A model generated the notes under the pieces. That model worked only from the letters and a program-made list of their open reading frames with translations, made no database searches and was not told the DNA's origin. Shown one piece after another: positions 34,909 through 45,107 of a stretch of DNA of 64,000 bases (its first letter is position 1; each line of letters opens with the position of its first letter). The stretch lies in assembly GCA_003345595.1 (NCBI GenBank), contig PRDI01000058.1, forward strand, positions 23,961 to 87,960. Reading direction: 5' to 3'. The position numbers and the translations under genes were made by a program. The DNA comes from Candidatus Thorarchaeota archaeon (lineage in GTDB: Archaea; Asgardarchaeota; Thorarchaeia; Thorarchaeales; Thorarchaeaceae).

Positions 34909-36654
34909 ATGACCGTCAGAGGAGACAATGGCAACGATCAAGGAGAACAAGAATCAATCGTTGTGCCGGGACTGGTTCACAGAGTCTTTCCGTCCCTCCA
35001 TATTGTTCTGTGCCTCGCAGCGATATCTCTTGGTGCTGCGTACTTAGTAGGCAATTTCGTTGCCTGGTTCGCGAACTCGTTCATGCATGAACTGGGGTTC
35101 CAGCTTCCATCGCTGCTGATTGGCTGGCCACTTCAGGCATTGCTGCTTGTCGTGATTGGCTACATGAACCTGAAATCTGGCAGAGCGATTTCTAGAGGGG
35201 ACGCTTGGGCATATTCATCGTCGCTCTACATGAATGCCGTCACTGGCGTGATTCTGCTTACCATAGGACCATTGGGGCTGCTACCTGCGGTTGGCGTCTT
35301 CGCACTGGTGCTTGCGTTGTTTGCGCCCAGTGTGAAGTCCTACTGGTACAGGGAGTTCCGGGAAGACATGGGACCTCGCGGCAAGGAGTTGAGATTCAGT
35401 TTCCACCTTCTTCGCAGAAGCCCCCTTGTCATCGTTGGGATTCTGATTGTAGCCGGGTATATTAGCGTCGCATTTCTAGCCCCGTGGATCACACCCTACG
35501 GGCCAGAGGAACGTATCTGGAACGATGCGAATCTGGCTCCCGGCACGCCCGCAGGAGAAGCGAAGGCCAATTCTCTGATACTGTTCAGTAACTACTCAGC
35601 AGACATCAGCATTTACCCCGAGTATACGAGGGGAGAGGTTCAGGTCGGTCCAGAAGAAGTGACCACTTCGTTACCTCCGATTATCGCGTTTTCTGGCTAC
35701 GTTCGTGACACGGGTAACGACAATCTGACTAATGTCCTAGTACACACCGCAGTCTACAAACTGAACTTGACAACTTTCGATTCTCTTAGTCCGAGCCTGC
35801 GAGAATTGTACCTCGTCAAGTCAGTAGAAAAGGCCATGCTATCGCGTCCGAACATAGAAGTGAACAATTCGCCTTCGACCTATGTCTGGGTTGTCTGGTT
35901 CGTCGCCAGCAACAAGACTGTGCCGTGGATTGTGGACACGGTTGTCACCTTGGACTACAATCGGTACTACCCCATTCACTACTGGGGGACAGACAACTCA
36001 GGTGGCGACATATACAGTCGCATTATATGGGCTGCTCAGGTCGACTTGAGAGTATCTCTCAGTGTTGTGCTTGTGGCGTTGGCATCAGGTGCTCTAATCG
36101 GAGCTGCATCGGGCTACTTTGGCGGCAAGCTGGATGAAATGGTGATGAGAATCACTGACATATTCTTCGCCTTCCCCGGCTTGATTCTAGCCATGGCCAT
36201 TGTAATGGCCTTGGGCACTCGTAATCTTGAGAACATATCTTATGCACTGATGATCACTTGGTGGCCAGTCTACGCAAGAGTAGTACGTGGGCAGGTTCTT
36301 TCGGAAAGGGAGAAGCTTTATGTCGAAGCTGCTCGTTCAATTGGAGCAAGTGATAGCCGGATCCTGCTTTCTCACATAATTCCCAATACTATCCAACCAT
36401 TGATTGTGCAGGCCACAATGGATACTGGCGGTGTCCTCCTGACAGCCGCAGGACTCTCCTTCATAGGGTTCGGTTCCGCCGCTGGCACTGCAGAATGGGG
36501 CCTGATGATCTCGCAGGGGCAATATTACCTGCTCAATTATCCATGGGAGTGCATGTTTCCGGGGGTGGCCATACTCATGATAGCATTGGCTCTGAATCTC
36601 GTTGGTGATGGGATTCGTGACATCCTCGATCCCAAGCTAAGGCGGAGAGGGTGA
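34909..36654 (+). CDS. oppC: Peptide ABC transporter permease, extended
   Basis: HYWGTDNSGGDIYSR, YVEAARSIGAS, LSFIGFG...EWG and GDGIRDILDP. Carries extra N-terminal TMs and a large loop. Confidence 0.9.
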   Translation: MTVRGDNGNDQGEQESIVVPGLVHRVFPSLHIVLCLAAISLGAAYLVGNFVAWFANSFMHELGFQLPSLLIGWPLQALLLVVIGYMNLKSGRAISRGDAWAYSSSLYMNAVTGVILLTIGPLGLLPAVGVFALVLALFAPSVKSYWYREFREDMGPRGKELRFSFHLLRRSPLVIVGILIVAGYISVAFLAPWITPYGPEERIWNDANLAPGTPAGEAKANSLILFSNYSADISIYPEYTRGEVQVGPEEVTTSLPPIIAFSGYVRDTGNDNLTNVLVHTAVYKLNLTTFDSLSPSLRELYLVKSVEKAMLSRPNIEVNNSPSTYVWVVWFVASNKTVPWIVDTVVTLDYNRYYPIHYWGTDNSGGDIYSRIIWAAQVDLRVSLSVVLVALASGALIGAASGYFGGKLDEMVMRITDIFFAFPGLILAMAIVMALGTRNLENISYALMITWWPVYARVVRGQVLSEREKLYVEAARSIGASDSRILLSHIIPNTIQPLIVQATMDTGGVLLTAAGLSFIGFGSAAGTAEWGLMISQGQYYLLNYPWECMFPGVAILMIALALNLVGDGIRDILDPKLRRRG

Positions 36655-36660
36655 GCATAA

Positions 36661-37821
36661 ATGTCTCAGTCTCAAGACCTTGTGCTTTCCATAAAAGGCC
36701 TGACGACGAATTTCTACACCTACGAAGGTGTCGTCAAAGCACTCGATGGCATCGAGCTCAGCCTCAAGCGGGGTGACACCATGGGCGTAGTCGGTGAAAC
36801 CGGTTGCGGCAAGTCAGTCACCGCCAAGTGCGTTCTTAGGCTTATTGAGCCGCCAGGTCGCATTGACGGGGGTCAGATCCTTTTCTATGACCGGGACCCC
36901 AAGACGGGTGAAACCCAAGAGACTGACATCGTCCAGCTTACTCCTCTGGAGATGCTGAGCATACGTGGAAACAGGATTGCAATCGTCTTCCAGGATCCCG
37001 CGACTTATCCAAACCCTGTCTTCAGGATCGGTGCACAGATAGCAGAGGTTGTGACGTTGCACCAGGACCTGGGAAGAGAGGCCCTGGAAGTGAGGATTAA
37101 GGAGCTGGAGGAGTCTCTCAAGAACTCCCCTTCGCCCGAACATCAAGCCAAAATCAGAGAGCAGATTGAACACTACGTGTCGATGCTGGAGAACCCGCCC
37201 AAGCCAGATCGCAAATACGCGCGAAAAGCCGCTTGGGCCAAGGCTGTCGATATGCTTAGACTCGTAAGGATGCCTTCTCCCGATCAGATCGCCAACCAGT
37301 ATCCACATGAGCTTTCTGGGGGCATGAGGCAACGAGCACTCATCGCGATGGCGCTGGCCTGCAATCCATCCATTCTCATTTGTGACGAGGCAACGACGGC
37401 CTTGGACGTTACTGTTCAGGCCCAAGTTCTCAATCTTCTGAACATACTCAAGAAGGAGATAGGCGCTTCAATCTTGATAATCACGCATGACCTTGGTGTT
37501 GTTGCTGAAACGTGCAACTCGGTCACTGTGATGTATGCAGGGACGACAGTGGAGTCAGCTGGTACGAAACAGTTGTTTGAGAATCCGGTGCATCCATACA
37601 CAATTGGTCTTCTCACTGCGATTCCAAAGCTCCATGAGAACAAGGAGCGGCTGGATCAAATACCGGGTACGGTTCCGAACTTGATCAATCCGCCAACAGG
37701 CTGCAGATTCCATCCGAGATGTGCGTTCGCGACAGACATATGCGTGAGTGATAGACCTTCTCTTGAGGAAGTCCTGCCCGGGCACTACGTAGCCTGCCAT
37801 CATCCGCAAGGGAATCTATGA
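36661..37821 (+). CDS. oppD: Peptide ABC transporter ATP-binding protein
   Basis: GETGCGKS, ELSGGMRQR, CDEATTALD, HPYT and GCRFHPRC. Confidence 0.93.
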   Translation: MSQSQDLVLSIKGLTTNFYTYEGVVKALDGIELSLKRGDTMGVVGETGCGKSVTAKCVLRLIEPPGRIDGGQILFYDRDPKTGETQETDIVQLTPLEMLSIRGNRIAIVFQDPATYPNPVFRIGAQIAEVVTLHQDLGREALEVRIKELEESLKNSPSPEHQAKIREQIEHYVSMLENPPKPDRKYARKAAWAKAVDMLRLVRMPSPDQIANQYPHELSGGMRQRALIAMALACNPSILICDEATTALDVTVQAQVLNLLNILKKEIGASILIITHDLGVVAETCNSVTVMYAGTTVESAGTKQLFENPVHPYTIGLLTAIPKLHENKERLDQIPGTVPNLINPPTGCRFHPRCAFATDICVSDRPSLEEVLPGHYVACHHPQGNL

Positions 37822-37834
37822 GGAGGAGCAAAGC

Positions 37835-38869
37835 ATGTCAGATTCGAGAGTTCTACTCAGCATTGAGAACCTCAAGAAATACTTCCCGCTGACAGGAGGA
37901 GTATTCAGAAAGGTCATAGGTATGGTACACGCTGTCGATGATGTTACTTTGGACATATATCGCGGGGAAACCATAGGCGTGGTCGGTGAGTCGGGATGTG
38001 GAAAGACGACACTGGGCAGGACAATCCTTAGACTGCTTGATGCGACCGCCGGGAAGATTACTTTCATGGGCAGAGACATAACGCATGTCAAAGGGTCCGA
38101 TCTTCGCGCAATAAGACGTGAGATGCAGATAGTCTTCCAAGACCCGATGGCCTCTCTTGATCCTCGAGTAACAATAAAGAACAGTGTTGGGGAACCTCTG
38201 CTGATAAATGGCGTTGCTCGAGGACCGAGGATGCGGGCCATGGTCCTGGATTTGCTTCAAAAGGTTGGTCTGACTGAAGACCATCTCAATCGGTTCCCAC
38301 ACGAGTTCAGCGGTGGTCAGAGACAGAGGATATGCATAGCCCGTACTCTGGCACTGAATCCAAAGTTCGTCGTGATGGATGAGCCCACGTCGAGCACAGA
38401 CGTATCCGTGCAGGCCCAGACACTCAACCTCATGAAGGACCTTCAGGACGAGTTTGGTCTCACGTACATGTTCATCAGCCACAATCTGAGCGTCGTGAAG
38501 CACATGAGTGACCGACTTGCGGTCATGTACTTGGGGAAGATTGTCGAGCTGACTCCAGAAGACATCTTCCGGAAACCGCTGCATCCCTACACGTTCGCAT
38601 TGGTGTCTGCGGTTCCAGTCCCAGACCCTCGATTCTCCGGCAGAGCAGTGATACTGAGCGGCGAGGTCCCCAGCCCTATCAACCCGCCGACAGGCTGCCG
38701 CTTCCATCCAAGATGCATCTTCGCGCAGGAAATCTGTAGCTCGGAGGAGCCGCTACTGAGAGATATGGGCGACGGCCATCTTGTTGCCTGCCACTTTGCC
38801 GGAGAGTTGGACTTCGGCAGAAGTGCTCAAATGGAGTATGCTCGGGCCGCAGAGGCAGAGGCCAGCTAG
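37835..38869 (+). CDS. oppF: Peptide ABC transporter ATP-binding protein
   Basis: GESGCGKT, EFSGGQRQR, DEPTS, HPYT and GCRFHPRC. Confidence 0.93.
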   Translation: MSDSRVLLSIENLKKYFPLTGGVFRKVIGMVHAVDDVTLDIYRGETIGVVGESGCGKTTLGRTILRLLDATAGKITFMGRDITHVKGSDLRAIRREMQIVFQDPMASLDPRVTIKNSVGEPLLINGVARGPRMRAMVLDLLQKVGLTEDHLNRFPHEFSGGQRQRICIARTLALNPKFVVMDEPTSSTDVSVQAQTLNLMKDLQDEFGLTYMFISHNLSVVKHMSDRLAVMYLGKIVELTPEDIFRKPLHPYTFALVSAVPVPDPRFSGRAVILSGEVPSPINPPTGCRFHPRCIFAQEICSSEEPLLRDMGDGHLVACHFAGELDFGRSAQMEYARAAEAEAS

Positions 38870-38930
38870 TTGTTGCGAACTGTTCTCGTCAACAGCTCGG
38901 ATGGCTTTACGACAAAAGTGAGTGCTTAAC

Positions 38931-39158
38931 ATGAGCGAAGAAACCAGACCAGACCACGAGGAGCCCGTAAGCTCAGACGATGCTGATGTAGACTGGAAAG
39001 GCATTGCCTTTCGGCAAGAGTCTGGAACTGAGTACGCGCACCTTGACGCCAAGGACTACGTAGCTTTGTTCATCGCCTCATTGGAAACTATTTTCCTGCC
39101 GCTTGTCATCCTTGCCATCCTGCTCCTCGTTCTTGGAGCAGTCTTCATCTTCATATGA
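38931..39158 (+). CDS. Small membrane protein (acidic N-terminus, C-terminal hydrophobic helix)
   Basis: DYVALFIASLETIFLPLVILAILLLVLG, directly downstream of oppF. Confidence 0.65.
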   Translation: MSEETRPDHEEPVSSDDADVDWKGIAFRQESGTEYAHLDAKDYVALFIASLETIFLPLVILAILLLVLGAVFIFI

Positions 39159-39182
39159 TCCGGAGAATCTGGTGGTGGCTTA

Positions 39183-39527
39183 TTGCCCGGGCGATATCAG
39201 TTCATTCTTGAGGCCATAGCGATATCTTCAGTCATTGTCGTGGTTGACTTGCTCTTCGCCCTCTTGATACTAATCGGCCTTGCGGGAGCGTCACTGTTTC
39301 TCGTGGTTTCTAATGCTCTCACGATTGAATTCGGTGCCATGCTTATTATCGGAGGCTGCCTGATGGCTCGACAACCGCTCGTGGACGAAAAGCGTTACGA
39401 CAGTGCTGGCAAGCCTACTGCAGCTTGGAGATTTGCCTTGTTGGGCAAGCAGGTGCTGTTGTCTTCCATCTTCCTGCTCTTGTTTGGTCTCTTGTTTGCG
39501 CTGGCTCAGGTCGGTCTTGGAATATGA
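39183..39527 (+). CDS. Small 3-TM membrane protein
   Basis: Three hydrophobic segments; GGTGG RBS before a TTG start. Confidence 0.65.
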   Translation: MPGRYQFILEAIAISSVIVVVDLLFALLILIGLAGASLFLVVSNALTIEFGAMLIIGGCLMARQPLVDEKRYDSAGKPTAAWRFALLGKQVLLSSIFLLLFGLLFALAQVGLGI

Positions 39528-39684
39528 CTTGAGGAAGAAGCGATAGCCTGTGTCAGGTGTCTTCGGATCTTATGGATTGCAGTCGAGCTTAGGTTTTGGC
39601 AGCAGGTCTCTGATTGCATCAGTGTTCCCTGCAGTGCTTTCTCCTCTTCTTGCCTTCTCTACTTACTATGTTCGGGTTTCTTGG

Positions 39685-40455
39685 TCAGCTCTCTTTGGGC
39701 TCAGGCTCACGTCTTCTTTTGAGAGCTGATATCAGCGTTTTGGGGAATACGTAGAAGATGAGGGATGCGACAAGGGCTACATACAGAAAAGCAAGAAGAA
39801 GGGAAGCGTCTGCGATCGCAGTGGCGGGATAAAGAATCAGATACGCTGTTAGGATGGCAACGACGGCAGCAATGCCTTGAAACAACATGTCACCGAAGGG
39901 AGCCACGATTATGAACAGAAACCCTGCAGTCAGTGAAACCAGTGTCCATCTCGTTACACTCGCGTTTGCCAGTCGAACGCATGCGTAGTCCTCTCGAGTG
40001 AGAGCCCGAAGCTCCTGTTTCTCCACAGCCGTAAGAAGGGCTTCCGACGTACGTGGTTCGTCTGGTCCGACAGCTACTAGCATAGCGGCAAGAAACACAA
40101 GTACTGCTCCGCCGAACGCGGCAATAGAAAAGACAAAGAATGCACTGGTCGCAAGCGTAGTGAGTGTAAGAGCAAGACCCAGTAGAATTACAGTCTGAAG
40201 CGTGTTGTCTGCAAGCCGCTGTTGTAGAACAGCGCCAAGCCTACTGTGGCTACGCATGACCAAGTTGTCAATCAGCCACGTTCTTGAGTAGCACGCCGCT
40301 GTAACGGATGTGGTCGACGTCTTCTGTTCGCTGGCGTCAAAGGTGTACGTCATTCTGTCTTCAAGGACCCTGTACTTCTGAGTGCGCTTAGCACGCCAAA
40401 CGGACAACGCTACAATGGACAGTCCAGATGCGAATAATGCCAGGATCGTTTCCAA
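39685..40455 (-). CDS. Hypothetical multi-pass membrane protein
   Basis: 256-aa ORF with about 6 hydrophobic segments; GGTGGA upstream. Confidence 0.7.
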   Translation of the reverse strand: METILALFASGLSIVALSVWRAKRTQKYRVLEDRMTYTFDASEQKTSTTSVTAACYSRTWLIDNLVMRSHSRLGAVLQQRLADNTLQTVILLGLALTLTTLATSAFFVFSIAAFGGAVLVFLAAMLVAVGPDEPRTSEALLTAVEKQELRALTREDYACVRLANASVTRWTLVSLTAGFLFIIVAPFGDMLFQGIAAVVAILTAYLILYPATAIADASLLLAFLYVALVASLIFYVFPKTLISALKRRREPEPKES

Positions 40456-40498
40456 AGTTGCTCATCCACCATATGCTTCAATGCCGTGATATGCCTCG

Positions 40499-41416
40499 TC
40501 AAAGACTCGCAACAGGTCGAGGGCCTCCTCCCATTAGTTCTACGCATTCCTTGATACTATTCAGCCACACATGGAAGGCAAGTACATCCGACGAAACTGA
40601 ATCTTCCGGGAAGGGTTTGCCCAAGAAGATCCTGACATGCCCTCGGAGGGCCAGCTTCCTTCTGTTCCCAACCTTAAGCAGTACGCTAGCACCGTCTGCC
40701 TCCAGTCTGAGGCCATGTTCATAGAACACCTTGGGACTCTCTGAGAACGAGTAGTCCAGAGTCTTTTCCGGGACCGGATACAAGTGACAATCTGATTCAT
40801 TGGTCGCCATCTTGATGGAGAGCTCCTGCAGCTCATACTGCGGAACTCTATTTGTGTCTCCTAGGGTTCCTGGGATAAGTATTGGTCTCATGCCGGCAAG
40901 CCTCCGGACTATGCGTGCTTCGACCAAGCCGCAGTAGTTTCCTCCTTGTCCTGAGAGAAACATCGTGGATTCTCTCTCGTCGACAGAAAGGCCACTAATG
41001 TCACCTTCGGCCCGACGAGCGCCCAAAGGGTTCGCCTTGGAGATTGCCGCTGGCTCCCAGTGGAACCATGGTATAGTCGCCATCGGAAGCATTCTATCAG
41101 CATAGTCCGATTTCTTCTGCATGAGTTTCCATGTTTCATCGTTGAGAACGAAGAGCGACATCGAGATTGGCTGGAAGTGCTTTGTGCGCTCCTTCACGTA
41201 CTCAAACAGTCGACTGCGATCAGGCAACAAATCGTGAACCACGTCAGAGATCTGTGCAACAAGGAGAGATACCCTTGACTCTGTTTCCAGCTGCGTTTCT
41301 TGTTGCCTATTGAGTCTGATCTGTGCTCCAGTCTCTTTCTCAAAGGACTTGATGGCCTGTTTGTGAAACGCGTATCTTGTCGACACAGTTGATGCCAGTT
41401 CTCCTTCATCCTGCAA
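40499..41416 (-). CDS. Hypothetical soluble protein
   Basis: 305-aa ORF with protein-like composition and no recognised motif. Confidence 0.7.
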   Translation of the reverse strand: MQDEGELASTVSTRYAFHKQAIKSFEKETGAQIRLNRQQETQLETESRVSLLVAQISDVVHDLLPDRSRLFEYVKERTKHFQPISMSLFVLNDETWKLMQKKSDYADRMLPMATIPWFHWEPAAISKANPLGARRAEGDISGLSVDERESTMFLSGQGGNYCGLVEARIVRRLAGMRPILIPGTLGDTNRVPQYELQELSIKMATNESDCHLYPVPEKTLDYSFSESPKVFYEHGLRLEADGASVLLKVGNRRKLALRGHVRIFLGKPFPEDSVSSDVLAFHVWLNSIKECVELMGGGPRPVASL

Positions 41417-41509
41417 CCCAACACAGTGTCCGGCTCGTCTTTAGGTTGAAAGAGGCGGCTCGACTGTGTCTAGACCCACTTCAAGGCCATATCGGGATAG
41501 CTTGAAAAA

Positions 41510-42433
41510 GTGTTTGCAGCCTGCAAAGCTGAATCACTCTTGACAAAGTCTCTTGTTCTGAAACTGAATGATGAACGCCTTGACGACTGGGTACGAGTCT
41601 TGAACGCAAGCTCACGGAAGCACCAAGCCCACACACAGTTGTCCGTGCTCGATGTACGGAGGATCATCCACTCGGGCTTGATCGATATAGGGAGCATGTA
41701 TTTGGAGCTTGAGCGAGCACTTCCTACTGCCACGGTCAGACTTCAAATCGTCGACGGCAAAAGAGCGATGCTGAATGATTTGAAGACTCTTCCGGGACGT
41801 GACGAAGCCGGCTACCTGTTACTTGATCATATCCTGACGACCTGTAGGGAGGCGGGAGTACTCTCGGTCGTCGCTTGGGTTTCTCAAGATGATGCACACC
41901 TATCTGATATGCTTGCATCATACACGTTTGTTCCAAGATATATTAGAACAAGAATGAGGCTTCTGTTGGCAGTCCCACCAGAGGACGTCGAGCTCGACTC
42001 GACCTACGTGGTGAAAGAAGACTATCAGCTTCAACAAGGCGAGATCCTTCGCTGGGGCTTGGGACCCAGAGCCTACGGAGAAGGCCTGGCAGAGCTGACA
42101 GACATGCTCGAGAGGAGATGGAGGCCATCGGTCACTGCACGATGGAAAGGGCAGGATGAGCCGGCTCTTGTTGGCTGTGTGTCAGATTCAAATACAAAAC
42201 TGGGCTGGGTACAGGTGAAAGAACATCGTATGTCGCATGCCGTTCATTCCTTGCCATCCGTGGAAATGGTGAAACGTTTACTCCTCATCATGTATGAGCA
42301 AGGAGTTCGCGAAGTCTTGTGCGAAACCGATGCGGCTGTCAGTTCCCAGGGTCCCTTCACCAAGATTGGGTTTCATACAGACACGCTGTACTTCGAGTTC
42401 CTGTTGTCGATGGCGCACGATCACTCATCGTGA
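41510..42433 (+). CDS. Hypothetical protein, probable tandem GNAT-like fold
   Basis: Two GNAT-like C-terminal patterns, LLDHILTTCREAGVLSVVAWV...YTF and LLLIMYEQGVREVLCET...FTKIGF. No intact acetyl-CoA motif seen. Confidence 0.55.
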   Translation: MFAACKAESLLTKSLVLKLNDERLDDWVRVLNASSRKHQAHTQLSVLDVRRIIHSGLIDIGSMYLELERALPTATVRLQIVDGKRAMLNDLKTLPGRDEAGYLLLDHILTTCREAGVLSVVAWVSQDDAHLSDMLASYTFVPRYIRTRMRLLLAVPPEDVELDSTYVVKEDYQLQQGEILRWGLGPRAYGEGLAELTDMLERRWRPSVTARWKGQDEPALVGCVSDSNTKLGWVQVKEHRMSHAVHSLPSVEMVKRLLLIMYEQGVREVLCETDAAVSSQGPFTKIGFHTDTLYFEFLLSMAHDHSS

Positions 42434-42719
42434 TTGGCGGCGAAGTCTGATTGGCGCCAACGAGAAACTGCGGACTCATTCCCTAGAAGCTCTATATGCT
42501 CGCCTGCGGCCCATCACATGCTCCAGGCCGGGAGGATGAGACACCGGAGCAGCAACAGACAAACCGTACGTATCCAAATCGAGAACATTGACCCGGTGAC
42601 CTCTCCATTATCACGGACGGTGCGGAGTCCCTATCAATCCGTGACATGATAGGCGGAAACGGATGCTCGAATACTCACAGGATCGATGTTCTACGTGAGC
42701 GCCACTTGGCGCTCACACC

Positions 42720-43835
42720 TTATTCCTGCTCTATCTCACCCCATCGGTGGCACCGAATCCAGTGTTCGGGTTCGACCTCTCTGTATTCGGGGATTTCGCT
42801 GCGGCATCTGTCAACCACGAAGTCGCATCTGGGATGGAAAGGGCAGCCTCTGGGGACATCTGAGAGATCGGGCGGGTATCCTCTTATCCCCCGCAGCACA
42901 GGTCTCTTGCCTCCGGCCTTCATTCGCATCATGGCGATTGTAGGGAAGGAAGCCATCAACCCTTTGGTGTACGGGTGGTCCGGGTGGTGGAACATCTGGA
43001 CTGCAGTCCCGAATTCCATGATTCTGCCTGCGTACATCACAGCGACCCGATCTGCAAGCTCGGCAACGACTCCCGCGTCATGGCTGATTACAAACAGCGC
43101 AACATCGAACTCGTCCCTGATCATTCTCAGAACATTGAGTATCTGGCGCTGAATTGTTACATCTAGCGCAGACGTTGGCTCATCGGCTATCACCAGGTAC
43201 GGTCCAGAGATGAGTGACATGGCTATCAGAATACGCTGTGCCTCGCCACCGCTGAAACTGCCAGGATCCATTACGAATCGAGTACCCGCATCTGCCAGGC
43301 TGACCAATCCAAGGTACTCCAGTACCTTCCTCTTGAGCTGTATCAGGCGGACGTGCTCATCATGTATCTCAACAGGTTCTCCAGTCTGCATGCCTATGCT
43401 ATACATGGGGTTTAGTGCATGCCCCAAGCCTTGCGGAATCATTGACAGCTCTCTGCCCCTCAGCTTGACGAACTCCTCTTCAGGCAGCTTCGTCAGGTCC
43501 ACTCCTCTGAAATAGACGCTCCCCTGAACACCTGGCCTATCTGGAGTTACGCCTTTCATACCCTTGTCGAATTCCTTCCGAAGAGTCGGGTCACCGGACG
43601 TGCCCGCAGCGTAGCGAGCAACTCTTTCGAAGAACCCCATTATTGCTAGCGCTAGGCTTGTCTTGCCGCAGCCACTTTCCCCAAGCAGACCGACGCATTC
43701 TCCCTCTCGAACCATGAAGCTGACATCGTCTACGGCTCTGACTAACCCCTTCTTTGAGGCATAGTATGCTTTGAGGTTCCTGACTGCGAGGATTTCGGCT
43801 TTCGGCAAAGACGCCACAATGCCTTCGGGCTTCAC
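42720..43835 (-). CDS. Stand-alone OppD-like peptide ABC ATP-binding protein
   Basis: GESGCGKT, FSGGEAQR, ADEPTSALD, HPYT and GCPFHPRC. Confidence 0.9.
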   Translation of the reverse strand: MKPEGIVASLPKAEILAVRNLKAYYASKKGLVRAVDDVSFMVREGECVGLLGESGCGKTSLALAIMGFFERVARYAAGTSGDPTLRKEFDKGMKGVTPDRPGVQGSVYFRGVDLTKLPEEEFVKLRGRELSMIPQGLGHALNPMYSIGMQTGEPVEIHDEHVRLIQLKRKVLEYLGLVSLADAGTRFVMDPGSFSGGEAQRILIAMSLISGPYLVIADEPTSALDVTIQRQILNVLRMIRDEFDVALFVISHDAGVVAELADRVAVMYAGRIMEFGTAVQMFHHPDHPYTKGLMASFPTIAMMRMKAGGKRPVLRGIRGYPPDLSDVPRGCPFHPRCDFVVDRCRSEIPEYREVEPEHWIRCHRWGEIEQE

Positions 43836-44135
43836 ACACGCGTATTAAACCCTACCACAAGAGCACACAGACCCATCGTCTTGCCTTCGTCAGGCTGTCA
43901 ACCTATGACTGGAGTAGCGGTTTCGCTAGGCCGAGGTGCATGCGAACATGTTTTCTAGACTGCGCTTCTCAACGTCAAGACTTAAAACGAGGTTGCTTCG
44001 CGCTCAGGGTGTCGGTCGAGGCACCGCTGTGGGAAGCTGGCCAGTCAATCACTTGACGGCTTCACAGGGGCCTGCCAAAGCAGGTCTATCTCGGTGGATC
44101 TCGGTAGGCAGTTCGTGTATCAGGGGAAGTACAAA

Positions 44136-45092
44136 ATGAAACGCGTTCTAGTGACTGGCGCCTACGGCCAGATTGGAACTGAGCTTGTTGAAGCACTAAG
44201 GAATCGATACGGCGGTGAGAATGTAATTGCCACAGGACGCAGGAAGCCGCCTGCGGTATTGACCAAGGATGGCCCCTACTACAGGCTAGACGCCCTTGAT
44301 ATGAATGACCTTCAGAGATTGCTCGTTGACTACAACATCGACATACTCATTCACAACGTGTCAATCCTCTCGGCCGCAGGGGAGCAGAACCCACAATTGG
44401 CGTGGGAAACAAACGTGCAAACCTCGTATAACGTTCTTGAGGCCGCGCGTATCATCGGGCTTGACAAGGTCATGATTCCCAGTTCCATAGCCGCCTTCGG
44501 CCCTAGCACACCTAGAGAGAACACGCCTAATGATGTCATTATGAGACCCACCACGATTTACGGTGTGACGAAGGTCGCGATTGAGCTTCTTGGGGAGTAC
44601 TACGCTCGCAAGTTCAATGTAGACTTTCGATCTTTGCGGTATCCAGGAATCATAAGCTCAGAAGCCCTGCCCGGGGGTGGGACCACAGACTATGCTGTTG
44701 CCATCTTCTACGAGGCAATCCGGAACAAGCACTACACTAGCTTCTTAGCTAAGGACACCCGCCTGCCCATGATGTACATGCCAGACTGCCTCAAGTCAAC
44801 GATCGACCTTATTGAAGCAGACTCGAAGAAGCTTGTGCACAGGTGCTTTAATGTCACTGCAGTGAGCTTCACTCCCGAGGAACTGGCTGCCGAGATCAAG
44901 AAGGTGATTCCTGATTTTGTCTGCGACTACAAGCCTGATTTCCATCAGGCCATAGCTGACTCATGGCCGAAGTCAATAGATGACAGTGTTGCGAGGAAGG
45001 AGTGGGGATGGAAACCGGAGTATGATCTCCCGGCTATGACCAAGGACATGATCAAGAAGCTGAAACAGAAACTGAGCATTCCCGGGAAGTAG
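44136..45092 (+). CDS. L-threonine 3-dehydrogenase (SDR/epimerase type)
   Basis: TGAYGQIG, LSAAGE, PSSIAAFGP, YGVTK, PGGGTTDYAV, LPMMYMPD and QAIADSWP. Start MKRVL at 44136. Confidence 0.85.
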   Translation: MKRVLVTGAYGQIGTELVEALRNRYGGENVIATGRRKPPAVLTKDGPYYRLDALDMNDLQRLLVDYNIDILIHNVSILSAAGEQNPQLAWETNVQTSYNVLEAARIIGLDKVMIPSSIAAFGPSTPRENTPNDVIMRPTTIYGVTKVAIELLGEYYARKFNVDFRSLRYPGIISSEALPGGGTTDYAVAIFYEAIRNKHYTSFLAKDTRLPMMYMPDCLKSTIDLIEADSKKLVHRCFNVTAVSFTPEELAAEIKKVIPDFVCDYKPDFHQAIADSWPKSIDDSVARKEWGWKPEYDLPAMTKDMIKKLKQKLSIPGK

Positions 45093-45107
45093 GTCACTGA
45101 CGAGATT

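Noticed and set aside
42515-42560. SRP-RNA helix-8-like sequence (CAGGCC-GGGA-GG)
   Set aside because: It lacks the conserved AGCA strand at the right position, and no Alu domain or long helix 5 could be built.
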